From Chiloscyllium plagiosum (Eukaryota): 45,255 nt of DNA. The DNA lies in assembly GCF_004010195.1 (NCBI RefSeq), contig NC_057711.1:74354418-74399672 (forward strand), read 5' to 3'. Both the position numbers and the translations under genes were made by a program. Of the stretch, positions 24,899 to 38,470 are shown in pieces. Under the pieces are notes generated by a model. The model had not been told where the DNA came from, ran no database searches, and was given only the letters and a program-made list of their open reading frames with translations. Within the stretch, counting starts at the first letter, position 1. The number at the start of each line of letters is the position of its first letter.

Positions 24899-27384
24899 AT
24901 ATTAAATGGCATTTGATACAACAAAAACATACTCTACCAGTTTTTATGTGAATACAAAAGTATTTAACATTCAACACATGCTGAATTATGTTTTGAGTTT
25001 CATTTAATCTCTTTTCTTTTATTTAGTTTCAATCAATCAGGTCATAAATCCAAAACGTAAGTATTCAAGGTCAATACCAATAAACAAACAATCTCAATGG
25101 CTTGGTTATGAATGTTAATTGATTGGAAAGTAAAATGGTCACGCTTCATCCATTGGATTATTTAAGTAAAAGGAAATATTTCTATGGAGTTTTCTCTCAT
25201 CACCAAAAATGAATCTGTCATTATCAGTAAGGAATATAGAGACGACGTCATCCTTATGTCATTGAGATTAACAAAAAAATGTATATCTATGTAATGACAA
25301 ACAACAACAGACATAAATTGTGCCATTTGATTATGAGGCAATGGTGATTTTTAAACTATGGGACATTAATATATAGTCCATCTGGTCGGCAGCAGTAAAT
25401 GATGGTCCTAAATTAAAATGCCAGAAAAGGTATTTTTCCAACTAAACAAGTAACAAAACTTTGGAAGAGATTTTTAAAAAATATGCTGTGGATACTGATA
25501 ATCTAAATCAATGGCAGAAATATTCAACATCTGTGCTGAGACCAGATTTTACAATACACATGGGAAACCATAAACCAAAGAAAAAAATAAACTTACCAAA
25601 TGAAGAAATTATCTACAAGATTTCACTTTTTTTTGTAACGAGTATTTTAACATTAATCAGAACCAACAGATTTACAAACAAATTCTAATCATAAAGGTAA
25701 ATTTCACTTCAAACTAAAGTACATTTCATCCAATCACAACATCCACATCTTTCCCTGGACAAATTTGGCACTCCACGCAGTTCCAAAGTTCTCTAATTTA
25801 GTCTCTGTTATGTAGAATTTCTCACTTTCCCACTCAATTGATTCAGCCCTTGAGTGACAGCTACCAGCAGCTGCTTTCCATTTGAGATCCTTGAAGACAG
25901 TTATCACCCAAATATACCTTTTTATTAATAAAGTATTTTCTTTGTTAGGTTCACAACAATCTTGGTCATATAGTTTTCCTAGTGACTCCTTTTGCCAGCC
26001 CTTTAATAAGTAAGTCATCATAAAGATAAAATATTTTATAGAAGTATGCAAAATTCACCAATATACCATTTTTGGATTTAAATTAATGAAAACACAGACC
26101 TAGGTTTTTGCACTTAACAAAAATGTTTATTTATTACAAATAAATAGATTCTAACTGTCAACCTCTAATGCTACTAGTTACAACTTTAACCATATTATCA
26201 AACTCCCCCTACACTCACATATAGACAGATACAGATAGACAAAAAATTGGTGCTATGGGTGGAGGGACAAAACTGGGAAAGAAGTTTGATTGCGCCTGTT
26301 CAAAGGTTTTGGCTTGCCTAGACACACTATATCTCAATTTTCCTCTCCTCCAGGTACTTTCACTTGCCTATAGAAGCCATAGAGCTACAGGTTCACCAGT
26401 TATGAAGTCTCTGATTTATTAGTTAAAAGCAACAGCTAACTGCAACTGGTGAGGGAAAATAAATTGGCTTTCTTCAGGCTTTAAGCTGTTTTTGTTTATT
26501 GCACAGACAAAGACTAAACCTCCTTTTCCGAATGTCTGACGTGTGTGCTATCTCATTCACACCCACAAACTGTTCAGTTACTTGGCAGCTGATCATATCA
26601 TGTTTGCAATCAGAAGGCCTTTGTCATGAACAACTTGTCATTACTCAATAGACCGACCAGCAGCTTGTTGCTGGCCAAGTTTCATTTTGGGCATATTCCC
26701 TGGTACCAGTTTGTCTGCAATTAAACCTCTGTCAATGGATGAATACAGTATAAATGACACCCACATGAAACACTGGAATTTTGTTTTTAATAAAAATGCA
26801 GCAATCCAAGCCGCAATCCTTTGTTTTATACATAGTCTTTTTTCCATGTCAACCCATAATGAAAAATACAATAAAATAGAAGATACAACCTTCACGGCAG
26901 TTATTCCTTATCCCCCGGAGCACAGGGGTGATTGGGTGGGGGCTGTCTTGACATTTATCTGAAACTGCATGATTTTTTTACAAATGCCATTTTTAGGTCA
27001 TTTTTCAAACAGTGACATTCAGATCTTTTTTCTTAAAAATAGAACAGACCTTCACAGAACTGAAAACAAATTAATTTTCCACTTTATAACTTGAGCTCTC
27101 AAACAATAAAGACACATTTTGCAGCAGCACTAATTGCATGAGAAGGTCCATGGTGTCGCTGAGTTGCCATGGTACAGAGGAATCATTAAGCCAGTTGCTT
27201 CTATTCAGTTTTCTGTCCAGTCAGTCTTGGACCCCCCCCCCCCACATTGTATCCCTGTACTGTTGAATGCTCACTTTACTCAGTTGGCCCTCCTACATCT
27301 TTTCAAAACTATTCATCATCTTTACTTTCAACATTTTCTTTGGCAGCAGGTATCAGGTCATCAAACAGCTGGTAGAACCTTTTA

Positions 27385-27530
27385 AGATTGAATTAGACAG
27401 ATTTATGATTTACAATGGACTCAATGGTTATGAGGAGTAGACAGAAAAGTGAGTTAAGACACAACCAGATCAGCCATGAAATTATTGAATGATGGAACAT
27501 ATTCAAGATGCTGAAGTATTGACACCTACT
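27385..27530 (+). mobile_element. Old CR1 LINE 3' tail fragment
   Basis: tttaagattgaattagacagattt...agatcagccatga...attgaatgatggaaca is typical of a CR1 terminus. Confidence 0.55.
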
Positions 27531-27542
27531 TTTAAATCCAAT

Positions 27543-27631
27543 CCTAAAGAAGGGTTACACCCTGAAACATTGACTTCCCCTCTTGATGCTGCCTGGTTTG
27601 CTGTGTTCTTCCAGCCTCTTGCTTGTCCACC
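27543..27631 (+). mobile_element. Short PLE pLTR insert, same family as the 24716-24891 arms, with an 11-bp duplication
   Basis: c-CTAAAGA-agggttacaccct-GAAA-cattgac is a degenerate hammerhead. TTAAATCCAAT occurs at 27532-27542 and 27632-27642. Confidence 0.82.
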
Positions 27632-28524
27632 TTAAATCCAATGTATCAATGGCATTAGTGCACACTATATAAAAATCTTCATCTTCACATGATCCTTTCT
27701 TTCTTGCCCAAAACTTTAAATCGGTCTCTCACTGTCCTTGTATCACCAGTTACATTGTGTTGTACCTTGCAGCTAATTTGTGATATCCCTTTTAGGGACA
27801 GACTCATGTGAATCTCACTGTATCAAGGCATGTAGTCTAATGCTATGAAGTTCACAGTTTCCTTCTTACTCAGCTCTGTCTTCTTACAGCATGACACTCT
27901 GCCACACTTCTGAAAAATTGCTTAGCTTGAGCCCATACAAATAAGTTCCTCTGATTGTAATGTACATCAGTAGTCTCTTCTCTCCTATCATGGATGATCA
28001 AAAGTCAAACTATCACAATTCAAAATGATACTGAAACATTTCAGCCCATTTTGATATTAAAATACACTGAAAAAAAAGACAGGATAAACAGTACTATCAA
28101 AATCTCTACCAAACTTCTGAAAATTCATCCCAGACATTACCTGGTTCTTGTTAAACATATGCAAAACACTGATCCGGCAAAATGAATTCCTGTTTTATTT
28201 ATTTGAAGTAAATCTTTCTGCAAAATGTGAAAAATCTGAAGGAACTGCATGTGTGTAGTTTGATTTTAAAACTTCACTAGCATCATGAATAAGTATATCC
28301 AAATTAACAATATTGCATAAACAACTATTTGCCTCAAAAACATCACAAGAACTCCAAGATATTGCTACTGCCCAAATTGACCAGTTTTATAAATAATAGG
28401 TGGCAGAATAGAAATTCATTGAATTCTTCAGAGCTATGTGATTCACCTTTGACCTTATGTTATGGGAGCTAGCAGAAGTATCACAGCAAGAGAGTGATTG
28501 ATCACTTCCGGCTCAAGACTGGTC

Positions 28525-28870
28525 TACAGACAGATTCTAACCTCACACCTTTAATGCATTGTCTGAGCTGAGATTCCACCTTTCTTTAGAAAATCTTAAG
28601 TTATCTCGAGAATGTGACTTGAAAGAAGTGCTGGGATTTACATCTTAATGGACCAAAACCTGCTACCCATTCTATAAAGATGAAAGAGTCAATAGCAATC
28701 TAGGTTTGTTCAATGTATCATTTCAGTTGCATGACACTGTGATCTTTTGCTATAAATTCTGTGTCTTATGACCCTACCCCACTAGCTACCTGTTGAAGGA
28801 GCAGCACTTCGAAAGCTAGTGCTTCCAAATAAACCAGTTGGACTATAACCTGGTGTTGTGTGATTTTTAA
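28525..28870 (+). mobile_element. PLE 3' UTR and pLTR fragment; hammerhead core mutated (CTGTTGA)
   Basis: Reverse-complement homology to 14225-14540 and direct match to 21527-21612. Confidence 0.85.
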
Positions 28871-29329
28871 TGTCATGGTGACATACCATGCAAGCTAATG
28901 GGAACGCACTTTTATTATCTACTTCCTTAAAACATGTTGTCCTAATTCTACAAAATTTCCTTTTCACCCTGGAGAAAGCCCCAGCTTCTACAATCCAACC
29001 ATGGTGTTAAAATCCCTCATCCTGGAACCATCCTGATAAATCTCAACTGCATGCTTTGAAAGACACTCACACCTCCCTACAGTGTTGTGACCTGATGGGT
29101 TTTTATAACAATCAGCAATGGTTTTATTGTTACTAATAGGCAAACATTTAATGCTAGATTTCTATTGAATTCAAATATCACCATGTGCCAAGATAGGATT
29201 CAAGCTCACAAGTACAGAACATTAGACTGAAGTTTGCTTCATGATTATTGGTCAAATAAAATCATCACTATGCCACAACTTCCCTGAACACCATAAATGT
29301 GTTTTTTTGTGCACTCAGATTGAGTTTGA

Positions 29330-29830
29330 GTACCTGACTTAAGCTATCAACTCTTGATGCAATTCATCTCCAAAACTGCTGATTTCCACCTTTGCAATAT
29401 TGTCAAATTCCCCTATTTGCAGCTGAAACTTAATTTAGCCTCTTATCGATCCATTTCTCAAATCCTTTTCTCAGCTGAGTCCCCACATTCACACGTAAAA
29501 AGTCCATAATGCTGTGACTCAAGTATTCTCCTGCATCTGTTCTACATTTCTTTTGCCCATGCAGCCCTAAGGAGTCCCTGATCCTTGGTAAATCAACTTC
29601 AAAATCTTTTGAACTTATGTTCTAATCTTTCTGTGGCTTTTCTTTTCTGTTTCTCCAATAGGAATCTTTTGACAAGCCTTCAAAATTCAGAAGGTGGTTT
29701 CGTTGATTCAATGTTAAGCCAGCATCAGATTCAATTTCTCACTTCTCAAATATATGATGATGTTGAACTATAAATCTCCACAGCTTAATTGTCTTCTTCT
29801 CCTCCAGAAAACTGAAAGCTCATCACTAAC
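29330..29830 (+). mobile_element. Ancient L2-like LINE fragment
   Basis: ISKTADFHLCNIVK at ~29366-29407 resembles the L2 K.AYFHLRNIA motif. Heavily decayed. Confidence 0.4.
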
Positions 29831-30589
29831 TAATTTTATCATTTGCATCCTGTCAGTGCTTTTCTAACATAACTGTTTGATAAACATACTCATTTTCTCA
29901 TCATGTTCTTACCCTGCCATTTTGATGTTCACGGATCTCTTGAAATCAGTACAATAATCAAAATCTTCACAAAATTGCATTGGTAGCTAAAGAGGGAAGT
30001 GCTGTTTTCGTAATAGTGCCAAGCAATCCATCTGGGATAATTCTCAGAGGAAAATAAAGTATGCTGAAGTATAATATTTGCTGCTTTATGCATATCGTCA
30101 CTTCCACAAAATATGACTGAAGTAAGGAAAAAATCCACTTCCATATCATTCCGTAATGAATGTCTCTTAATGGGTGCATGAAATCTGCATGGAATAACAG
30201 TCATTGCAAAAGTATGGTTAAGTTAGGAATAACAAAAGAAAAAAAGATATGCATCTTCTATTAATATAATGGATTTTGTCTCTTGGGTCAATATAGGGTA
30301 CAGTGATTTACAATAAAGCTGTGCAGACTGAGCTGCACAGCTCCAAAAAACTGGGTGCAGGAATCACATTGCACAATTAAACTAAACCAATATAATACCT
30401 GTAATATTTGTCATTACAATAATTTGTGCTTGTTGCCAATGCTAACAACACTGTTTATTGTTCATCATCAGGGTTCCAAAACAATAATATTCTGTCAACA
30501 CTTAAAGATAGCCTGCAAGTTCTAAAAGGACGATGCATGTAGCTGGAGCAAGTATTAATTGTCTGTTGTGTAGAACTGAACCTGAAGAA

Positions 30590-30702
30590 CCTTTGTAGTA
30601 CAGTAGCAATCTCCCTACCTCTGATCCAGGAGGCCTAGGTTCAAGTCCCACTGTCTCAGAGATGTGTAATAACATCTCTCCGAATAGGTTGATTAGAAAA
30701 AG
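30590..30702 (+). mobile_element. Short (~110 bp) tRNA-derived SINE
   Basis: B-box GGTTCAAGTCC. A second copy at 40247-40305 plus 40617-40672 is split by an HE1-like SINE. Confidence 0.65.
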
Positions 30703-31229
30703 CCTTGAACTGAATCTGACAACGAAAATATGTAAGAATAGTACAGCATTAGAGAGTCCAAACAGTACAATTTTGGATGCTGAATTGGGTGTTATGATGA
30801 AAAAAAGTGAAACCTATCCTGAATCTCTTTCTGCATTAGAAACCAGGAAGATATCCAAAAGTGGGCGGAATTAACCATGTGAAGAGTCAAGACCAAAGGA
30901 TCTCAATGCACTCCTGCCAAGAGGTTCAGCTTCCCCCTGCAATGACTGAATGTTTGAAATGCCAATCTTACCATCAGTCTCACTAGTCTCTAACACTGCT
31001 CAATTCACTAAACCCTCAATCACTCACACATCAACAATCTTTATTAATCAGTCCTCAAATCAGTCATTCACACATTGCAGTTTCAATTAACAACTTATGT
31101 GTGATCATGGACTCTTAAACAGAGGTTTTGGGTAGAAATACAAAAGGGACTATGCTGCACTTGTATAAAGTTCTGTTAAGGCCACAACTAAAGAATTACA
31201 TCCAGTTCAAGTCACAGCACTGGCTTCTG

Positions 31230-31830
31230 CAGCTATCGGGTGCAATATATTATGGCCATTTGGCTATCAATATGCTTTCTCATTAACAAGCAGTCTGCGT
31301 GAACAGAAAAAGATAGCATTCCCCTAATGGTCAAATAAGTTGTGACAATAATAGGGATATATTGCAGGTCTCTACCATACATGCAGGTGTTGTCCTAACT
31401 CAAATACCCTGGATGACTCACAACTGACAGTTTCATTAATGTCCCTTGGCACATATAAGGCTGGTTGTTCAATGACAAGGGATAACCCACCACCATCAGC
31501 TGATGACATCTCTATGAAATCCTCAATCTGCTGCCATGTAGTGCTGTTCATTCTTTAATCAGGGCTATTCTGGAAGAGACCATTGGCCATCTGAAGATGA
31601 GGTTCTGACCCTTGGATCATGCAGATAGTGCCATGTAATATAACTCAGACAGGGCCCCACATCATAGCAGTTTGTTCAGCCCTCCACAATCTAGGTCAGC
31701 ATAGAAGTAATGTGTTGACTGAGGGGAAAATGCAGGAGAGAGAGGAAACCTTAGATGAGGAAAATGAGGCTGAGGATCCTAAGATGGGCCAGGATGACTT
31801 TCAAAGAGACAATGAATAGGCAATGTTTCT
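31230..31830 (+). pseudogene. PIF/Harbinger DDE transposase relic (HARBI1-like family)
   Basis: Motifs in the expected order: GAIYYGHLAI (31239), VNRKR*HSPNGQISCD (31299), GWLFNDKG* (31459), RAILEETIGHLKMRF (31561), IIAVCSALHN (31661), then an acidic tail. Confidence 0.82.
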
Positions 31831-32269
31831 CTGACCCTGAGAGGTCAGGGACCATCTCCAGGCTGATTGAGCTGGGGAGTCAGATTTTAAAATTTCAAGT
31901 AACAGTTTGGTGTAATTTGGGAAAAGCCCTTTCCTTTATGACATGCACATTCCCCAAAGTCTGACTTGACTGACAAGATTCTGTCTTGCCATCAGTGCTG
32001 AGTGCTCAAAGTGATGGGATTGCAGATCTCAGTCCATTCTAGCAACTGCTGAGTGTTCTGCTGAACCAGGGTTTCTCAGTGATCGTCACTCTACTCATAG
32101 AGGGAGTCGAGTACTCCCTGACCGAGACCACCACACCAGAGTAAAAATGGACAGACTCCTCTCCCTCTTGCATTCCAGGTCAATGAGGGCCAGCGTTGTT
32201 TGTTCCTTAACTGCCCTGACTCTGTGGGTTGACCATTTGATGAATGTCTGGATATGGAGGTACATCAAG

Positions 32270-33595
32270 TTTCTTTCCTTATTCATGCGTGTCACTGGCA
32301 AAGCTAACACTTGATGCCCATTCTCAATGACTTTGAAATGAATGAGTTAGTAAGACATTTCAAAGGGCAGTTAAGAGTCAATTGCATTGCTGTGGGTCCA
32401 CATTCATATGTTGGCCAGACCAGATAAGGATGGCAGATATCCATCTCTGCAGGACATCAGTGAATCATAGAGTCATAGAATCATAGAGTCATAGAATCAT
32501 AGAGATATACAGCATGGAAACAGACCTTTCGGTCCAACCCATCCATGCCGACCAGATATCCCAACCCAATCTAGTCCCACCTGCCAGCACCCGGCCCATA
32601 TCCCTCCAAATCCTTCCTATTCCTATTCATATACCCATCCAGCCTTTTGAATGTTGCAATTGTACCAGCCTCTACCACATCCTCTGGCAGCTCATTCTGT
32701 ATATGTACCACCCTCTGCGTGAAAAGATTGCCCCTTAGGTCCCATTTATATCTTTCCCCTCTCACCCTAAACCTATGACCTCTAGTTCTGGACTCCCTGA
32801 ACCCAGGGAAAAGACTTTGCCTATTTACCCTATCCATGCCCTCATCATTTTGTAAACCTCTATAGGGTCACCCCACAGCCTCCAACACTCTTGGGAAAAC
32901 AGCCCCAGCCTGCTCAGCCTCTCCCTATAGCTCAAATCCTCCAACCCAAGCAACATCCTTGTAAATCTTTTCTGAACATTTTCAAGTTTCACAACATCTT
33001 CCAATAGGAAGCAGACCAGAATTGCACACAACATTCCAACAGTGCCCTAACCAATGTCCTGTACAGCTGCAATATGACCTCCCAATTCCTGTACTCAATA
33101 CTCTGACCAATAAAGGAAAGCATACCAAACGCCTTCTTCACTATCCCATCTATCTGCGACTCCACTTTCAAGGAGCTATGAATCTGCACCCCAAGATCTC
33201 TTTGTTCAGCAACACTCCTTAGAACCTTACCACTAAGTGTATAAGTCCTGCTAAGATTTGCTTTCCCAAAATGCAACACCTCACATTTATCTGAATTAAA
33301 CTCCATCTGCCACTTCTCAGCCAATTGGCTCATCTGGTCAAGATCCTGCTGTAATCTAAGGAAACCCTCTTCACTGTCCAGTACACCTCCAATTTTGGTG
33401 TCATCTGCAAAATTATTTTGTCAATTGATGGCTTCTTCATGGTCACCTTCACTGATATTAGTTTTCAAATTTCAAATTATTGATTGACTTCAAACTCCAC
33501 CAGCTGCTGTGGTGATGTTTGGACCCAATTCCTCAGAATATTAATCTGGGCCTCTGGATTAGTTATCTAATGATATTACCACTATGATACTGTTG
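32270..33595 (-). mobile_element. Old SINE (second family) split by a CR1 insertion
   Basis: 32270-32465 and 33412-33595 join into one copy colinear with 18728-19050. Confidence 0.65.
32462..33411 (-). mobile_element. 5'-truncated CR1 LINE (HER1-like), RT C-terminal half plus 3' tail
   Basis: Begins at FADDTKIGG. ORFs give WQMEFNSDKCEVLHFG, RDLGV, LYRTLVR, VQKRFTRM and SRTRGHRFRVRG. Tail is a (CTATGACT/TT)-type 9-mer repeat at 32464-32504. Frameshifted. Confidence 0.95.
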
Positions 33596-34182
33596 GCATG
33601 TGCTGGACTGTTGTAAGCAAGTTCCTGTTTGCCTGCAGGCCTCTCAGAGTCTGAGACCTTGGGCAAGTGTGTCAATGGCCTGCCCACAGTTACAGTCCTA
33701 CCCACCTCCTTCTTATGCGGCCTCTGAAACTGCTCCAGTATTGTAAGGGAACAACCCTGGACATTGAAAGGTCCCTGGACCCTGCAATCTCCACTGCTGC
33801 TGCTAATAATTAGCAGAGTCACCCCTGACCTGGTTGGCTGTCATGGCAACTGCAGAGTCCAGGCTGACCCCAAGGACCTAACCTGCACAGAAGTCAAAGA
33901 TACAGCAAAACGTTCCCCTTTTCAGGAAATTCAATAGAAAATGTGAATACTCTACAGGAAAGGCAGCCTGCGTCTAGTTTCCTATTTGCAGGTTTCATCT
34001 AATTAGGCTTATAGGTGCTCTCTTTTCTTTACCTCAACAGTAAAACCAAAACCAGTCCTGTTTGGTTCTCACAAGTACTTTCATGCTATTGCTGCTATTT
34101 CATTTCTTCATGGGTTGTGGGCATTGCTCACCAATTATTGTTATTGCCCAAAGAGCAGTTAAAAATCAATCATATTGCTAAG

Positions 34183-35696
34183 AAGAAAGTGAGAGCTGCA
34201 GATGCTGGAGATCAGAGTTGAGAGTGTGGTACTGGAAAAGCTCAGCAGGCCAGGCAGCAGGAGAATTGACTTTTCAGGCATGAGCCCTTCATCAGGAATG
34301 AGGCTTGTGGGCCAAGGGGGTAGAGAGATAAATGGGAGGGTAAGAGGGCTGGGGGGAAGGAAGCTCTGAGTGTGATAGGTAGATGAAGGTGGGGGTGATG
34401 ATGATAGGTTGGAGAGGAGGGTGGAGCGGATAGATGGGAAGGAACATGGACAGGTAGAACTGCTCAAGAGGGTGGGGCCAAGTTCGAAGGTTGGATCTGG
34501 GATAAGGTAGGGGAAATGAGGAAATGGGTGAAATTGACACTGATTCAGTGCGGTTGCAGAGTTCCAAATCTGAAGATGAGACGATCTTCCTCCAGGCATC
34601 AGGTGGTTAGGGTTTGATGATGGAGCTAGCCCAGGATCTGCATGTCCTCAGCGGAGTGGGAAGGGGAGTTGAAGTGTTTGGCCATGGGGTAGTGGGGATG
34701 GTTGGTGTGGGTGTCCCAGAGATATTCTCTGAAGCGTTCTGCAAGTAAGCGTCCTGTCTCCCCAGTGTAGAGGAGACCGCATAGGGAGCAACGTATACAG
34801 TAAACAACATGTGTGGAGGTGCAGGTAGATCTCTGACAGATGTGGAAGGCTCCTTAAGGGCCTTGGTCAGAAGTGAGAGAGGAGGTGTGGGCGCAGGTTT
34901 TGCACTTCCTGCAGTGGCAAGGGATGGTGCCGGGAGGGGAAGGTGGGTTGGTTGGAGGGGGGGGCAGCGTGGACCTGACAAGAGAGTCGTGGAGGGGATG
35001 GTCTTTATGGAAAGCAGATAAGGGAGGGGAGTGAAATATACATCTGGTGGTGGGGTCTGTTTGTAGGTGGTGGAAATGGTGGAAGATGATGCAATGTATC
35101 TGGAGGTTGGTGGGGTGGAAGGTGAGGACTGATTGGCTCTGTCCTTCTTGTGCTTGGAGGGTGGGGTTAAAGGCAGAGTTGTGGGAAGTGGATGAGATGT
35201 GCTGGAGCACATCATTGACAACGTGGGAGGGGAAATTACACACTTTGGAGAAGGAGTCAATCTGGTGTGCTCTGTGGTGGGACTGATCCTCCTGGGAGCA
35301 GATGCAGTGGAGGCAGAGGAATTGGGAATAAGGGATAGCATTTTTATAGGATGCAGGGTGGGAGGAGATGTAATCCTGTAGCTGTGGGAGTCTATGGGTT
35401 TGTGGAAGGTGTCCGTGTTGAGTCGATCACCATTGATGGAAATGGAGAGGTCCAGGAGGGGGAGGGAGGTGTCTGAGATGGTTGAGGTGAACTTAAGGTT
35501 AGAGTGAAATAGGTCGGTGAAGTTGTTCAACCTCCTCGTGGGAACATGAGGTGGTGCCGATACAGTCATCAATGTAGCGAGGAAGAGGCGGGGAATGGTG
35601 CTTTTGTAGGTGTGGAAGATGGACTGTTCCACGTATCTGACAAAGAGGCAGGCATAGCTGGGGCCCATGTGGTTGCTCATGGTTACCCCTTTGATC
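34183..35696 (-). mobile_element. 5'-truncated Penelope-like retroelement (RT, GIY-YIG endonuclease, pLTR), frameshifted
   Basis: MGPSYACLFV, RYIDD, LPLLDLSI and CHCRKCKTC. Manual translation gives TCTSTHVVYCIRCSLCGLLYTGETGRLLAERFREY (~34722-34826). ATTGCTAAG occurs at 34174-34182 and 35697-35705. Hammerhead remnant at 34268-34295. Confidence 0.95.
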
Positions 35697-37289
35697 ATTG
35701 CTAAGTGTGTGGTCACATAGACAACAAGTAAGGATGGCAGATATCCTTCCCACAGGAAATTAGGTACAAATACAAGGGAATTTTACTGAACCTATATAAA
35801 GTTCTGTTAAGGCCAACCCCTAAATGATTACTTATCCTCCATGGCAATTGAATCCCTGTATATGATTATTAATGTGCCTACTTTACTTTGGCAGTCCATG
35901 ACGCTTTGGTTCCTGACCCTGCACCAACCTTATTTCAAGTCCAAAGTGGCCATGACGTACTTTCACCTCCCCATTTGAAACTACACAATTCCCACTAGTA
36001 AAATGTTAGTTCCCATCCTACAATCTCCCATAGCTTCCATTAATATGATCATTCCCTCAAACATCAAATATAATGAAAGCAATCTACAGATTTGTCCACT
36101 GCCTTAATGTTAGCATAGACTGGCCCCTGATCCCTTCCCCCCAGATTATGTGTGACCCATACCCCTGATTGACCGCAGACAAGTCCCCACATTAATTTTA
36201 CAATACCACCTCAACGAACCAAGCAACAAGACTGATCTGGCCTGCCTCCCAGGATTGAGCATGAATCTTTGACTCTCACCCAACTAAGTCATCACACTCA
36301 CCATTCTTCTTGCCAACTGAGGGAAGGAAGATCACACCCATTCAAAAATTTATATTTCTGAAAATACAGTTTTAAGTTATCTAGAAAATGTTAGTAAATC
36401 AATAAATATTGAAACTATAGAAAAGAATATAGAAAGTACAAATTTCAACATCTTGTGATGTAGTATGTAATAATCCTATAGGTTCAGAAATTTGATGATC
36501 TCATTAACCCTTGCGTCCTTCCACAGAATCAGCTCAGATCTGTGGACTTTCGTGTTCAAATGTATGTTCTGAAAGTGAATAATCTAGGAACAGTGCAGTA
36601 GGTTCATATGGCAACAATACAAATCCTGCTTAATCTATAAACCACATAAAATTTTGGGTATACATTTTATGATTTCAAAAGTTTGGGTACTAATTGTCCT
36701 AATACAATAATTGACTAGAACTTGTTTTGACACAAATATTATATTGTTATATCTCAAGAAATAAACCAATTTGTTTTGCTCATTATGTCGATAGACAGAA
36801 GAATAAACTATTGCCCTAAATAAGCATTGTATAGTTTTGATACTGGGTTAGAGAAAGAAGGAAATCATTTTGTCTTTGAATTAACTTAAAATTCTGTAAC
36901 AGCAAAGGAACTACCAGTCAACCTGCTTTATCACTCTAATGAGCCTGACCTCATTATACTAAATGACATTACAAAAATTATCACTTCACCTGGAATGGAG
37001 ACAGGAACTCTACCATTATTTAAAGATGAAATTATTTTCTCTCCCGGACATTAGCAGCCTAAAGGAAGCAAATACTTCAGGACTTTTGATAGAATGGAAC
37101 TAGAATTATACCTCTTCAGAGAAAAAATTAAAGGAAAATAAAGTAATTATTTACTCTAATAAAAAAAGTATATGAGAAATTAGGAACTCATCATCAATTG
37201 AAATCACTTAGAACGCTGAAATACCTTTATAATTCAATGAGTGCATTGATTACGTGTCATAGTTTGATGTGATACATTTGATGACTGGA

Positions 37290-38150
37290 TGAAGAGTGTT
37301 AGCCTGCAATCTACTTTTGTGTGCTAGGTTGCATCCCATCTCTCAGCCCATGCAGCTGGCTTGCAGCAATGTGAAGGAAAAGTACCTGCTGTTCAAGTCC
37401 CTCCCTTTCAATACACGGCCTCCCTATTAGCAAGTCCTCAGCTGTGCCTCCTTACGATGAAATACAAAAACGGAGTCCTACGCAGGTCTAGGCTAAATAC
37501 ACAGATGTACACAAAGAAGATTTGAGCCTCAGCCATGTAGAATGCAGACTACTGGAATGTGATATGGACACATCCTGGCAATCATATCAGCAAGTAGCTC
37601 TAGGACTTTGTGCACCTCTCAGGAGCATTGAAGTCTATGAGACAAAAATTCTGGAGTGAAGTTCAAAGGTGCATTGATGCCAAAATATTTCACCTTTCTG
37701 CCTACTCCTGCAACCAAGCTCACACAAAACCTTGAATTCCTTTGAACTTGATGAGGAGATTGGGAGGGAGCCTAAAGGAAGCAAATACTTCAGGACTTTT
37801 GGTAGAATGGTTTTGGGCTCCATAAGTTTTGCCCAGGCTTGTTCTGTATAGATGACACTCTCACAGCAGTAATATAATATGAGAGACGTCATACATGATT
37901 GACAAGACACACGTGACCATTATATAGTGGACATTGACATAGCATCTCTGCAGGAGACCATGCTCACTGAGTGTGGACCAGTGAAAGAAAAAGATAGCAC
38001 CTTCATTTGGCAAGGGAAGAGTTCAGAGGAAACATGTGGGCAAGTGATGGAGGGATTTGCTTTCTGATCCCCTTTTTGCTGACTGGTAGTCTGGATGGAC
38101 ATCATCTGAGATGACAGCAAGTGGGGTTTCTCTGTTTAGCATATCAGTAC
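37290..38150 (+). mobile_element. Decayed RTE-clade LINE 5' region (AP endonuclease remnant)
   Basis: 37927-38060 translates to VDIDIASLQETMLTECGPVKEKDSTFIWQGKSSEE...GFA, matching the RTE APE pattern DIAALQET...YTFFWQG...GVGFA. Outer limits are uncertain. Confidence 0.7.
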
Positions 38151-38368
38151 ACTTTGCCCAGATTACAGTTGCCTGCCAGTAAGCAGGGCCAGGCTCAATG
38201 GTCTGTAAAATGTCTGTAGAACTAGGAACAGAAATCCAAGGATGTGATTTCACAAAATGAGACAGCTTATCCATTTTTTAACCTTATTTCCTGTTCAGTC
38301 ACTTGCACAAATGTGGGTTATAGCTGAGGTACAGTGATTTTTTTTCTTATGTCTGCCCATAAATTCAT

Positions 38369-38470
38369 GTTTTGAAGAAGGGTCAATGGACTCGAAACAT
38401 TAACTCTGCTTTCTCTCCACAGATGCTGCAAGATCTACTGAGTTTCTCCATCATTTTTCTGTTTTTGTTT
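38369..38470 (+). mobile_element. Short PLE pLTR insert with a degenerate hammerhead and an 11-bp duplication
   Basis: TTGAAGA-a-gggtc-aatg-gactc-GAAA-ca-TT. CATAAATTCAT occurs at 38358-38368 and 38471-38481. Confidence 0.82.

Noticed and set aside
32124..32137. Single 14-bp match (gagaccaccacacc) to the minisatellite unit
   Set aside because: Isolated and short, with non-matching flanks. It cannot be distinguished from chance.
34159..35753. Overlapping ORFs including the 369-aa one as host genes
   Set aside because: They are frameshifted or antisense readings of the Penelope-like element.
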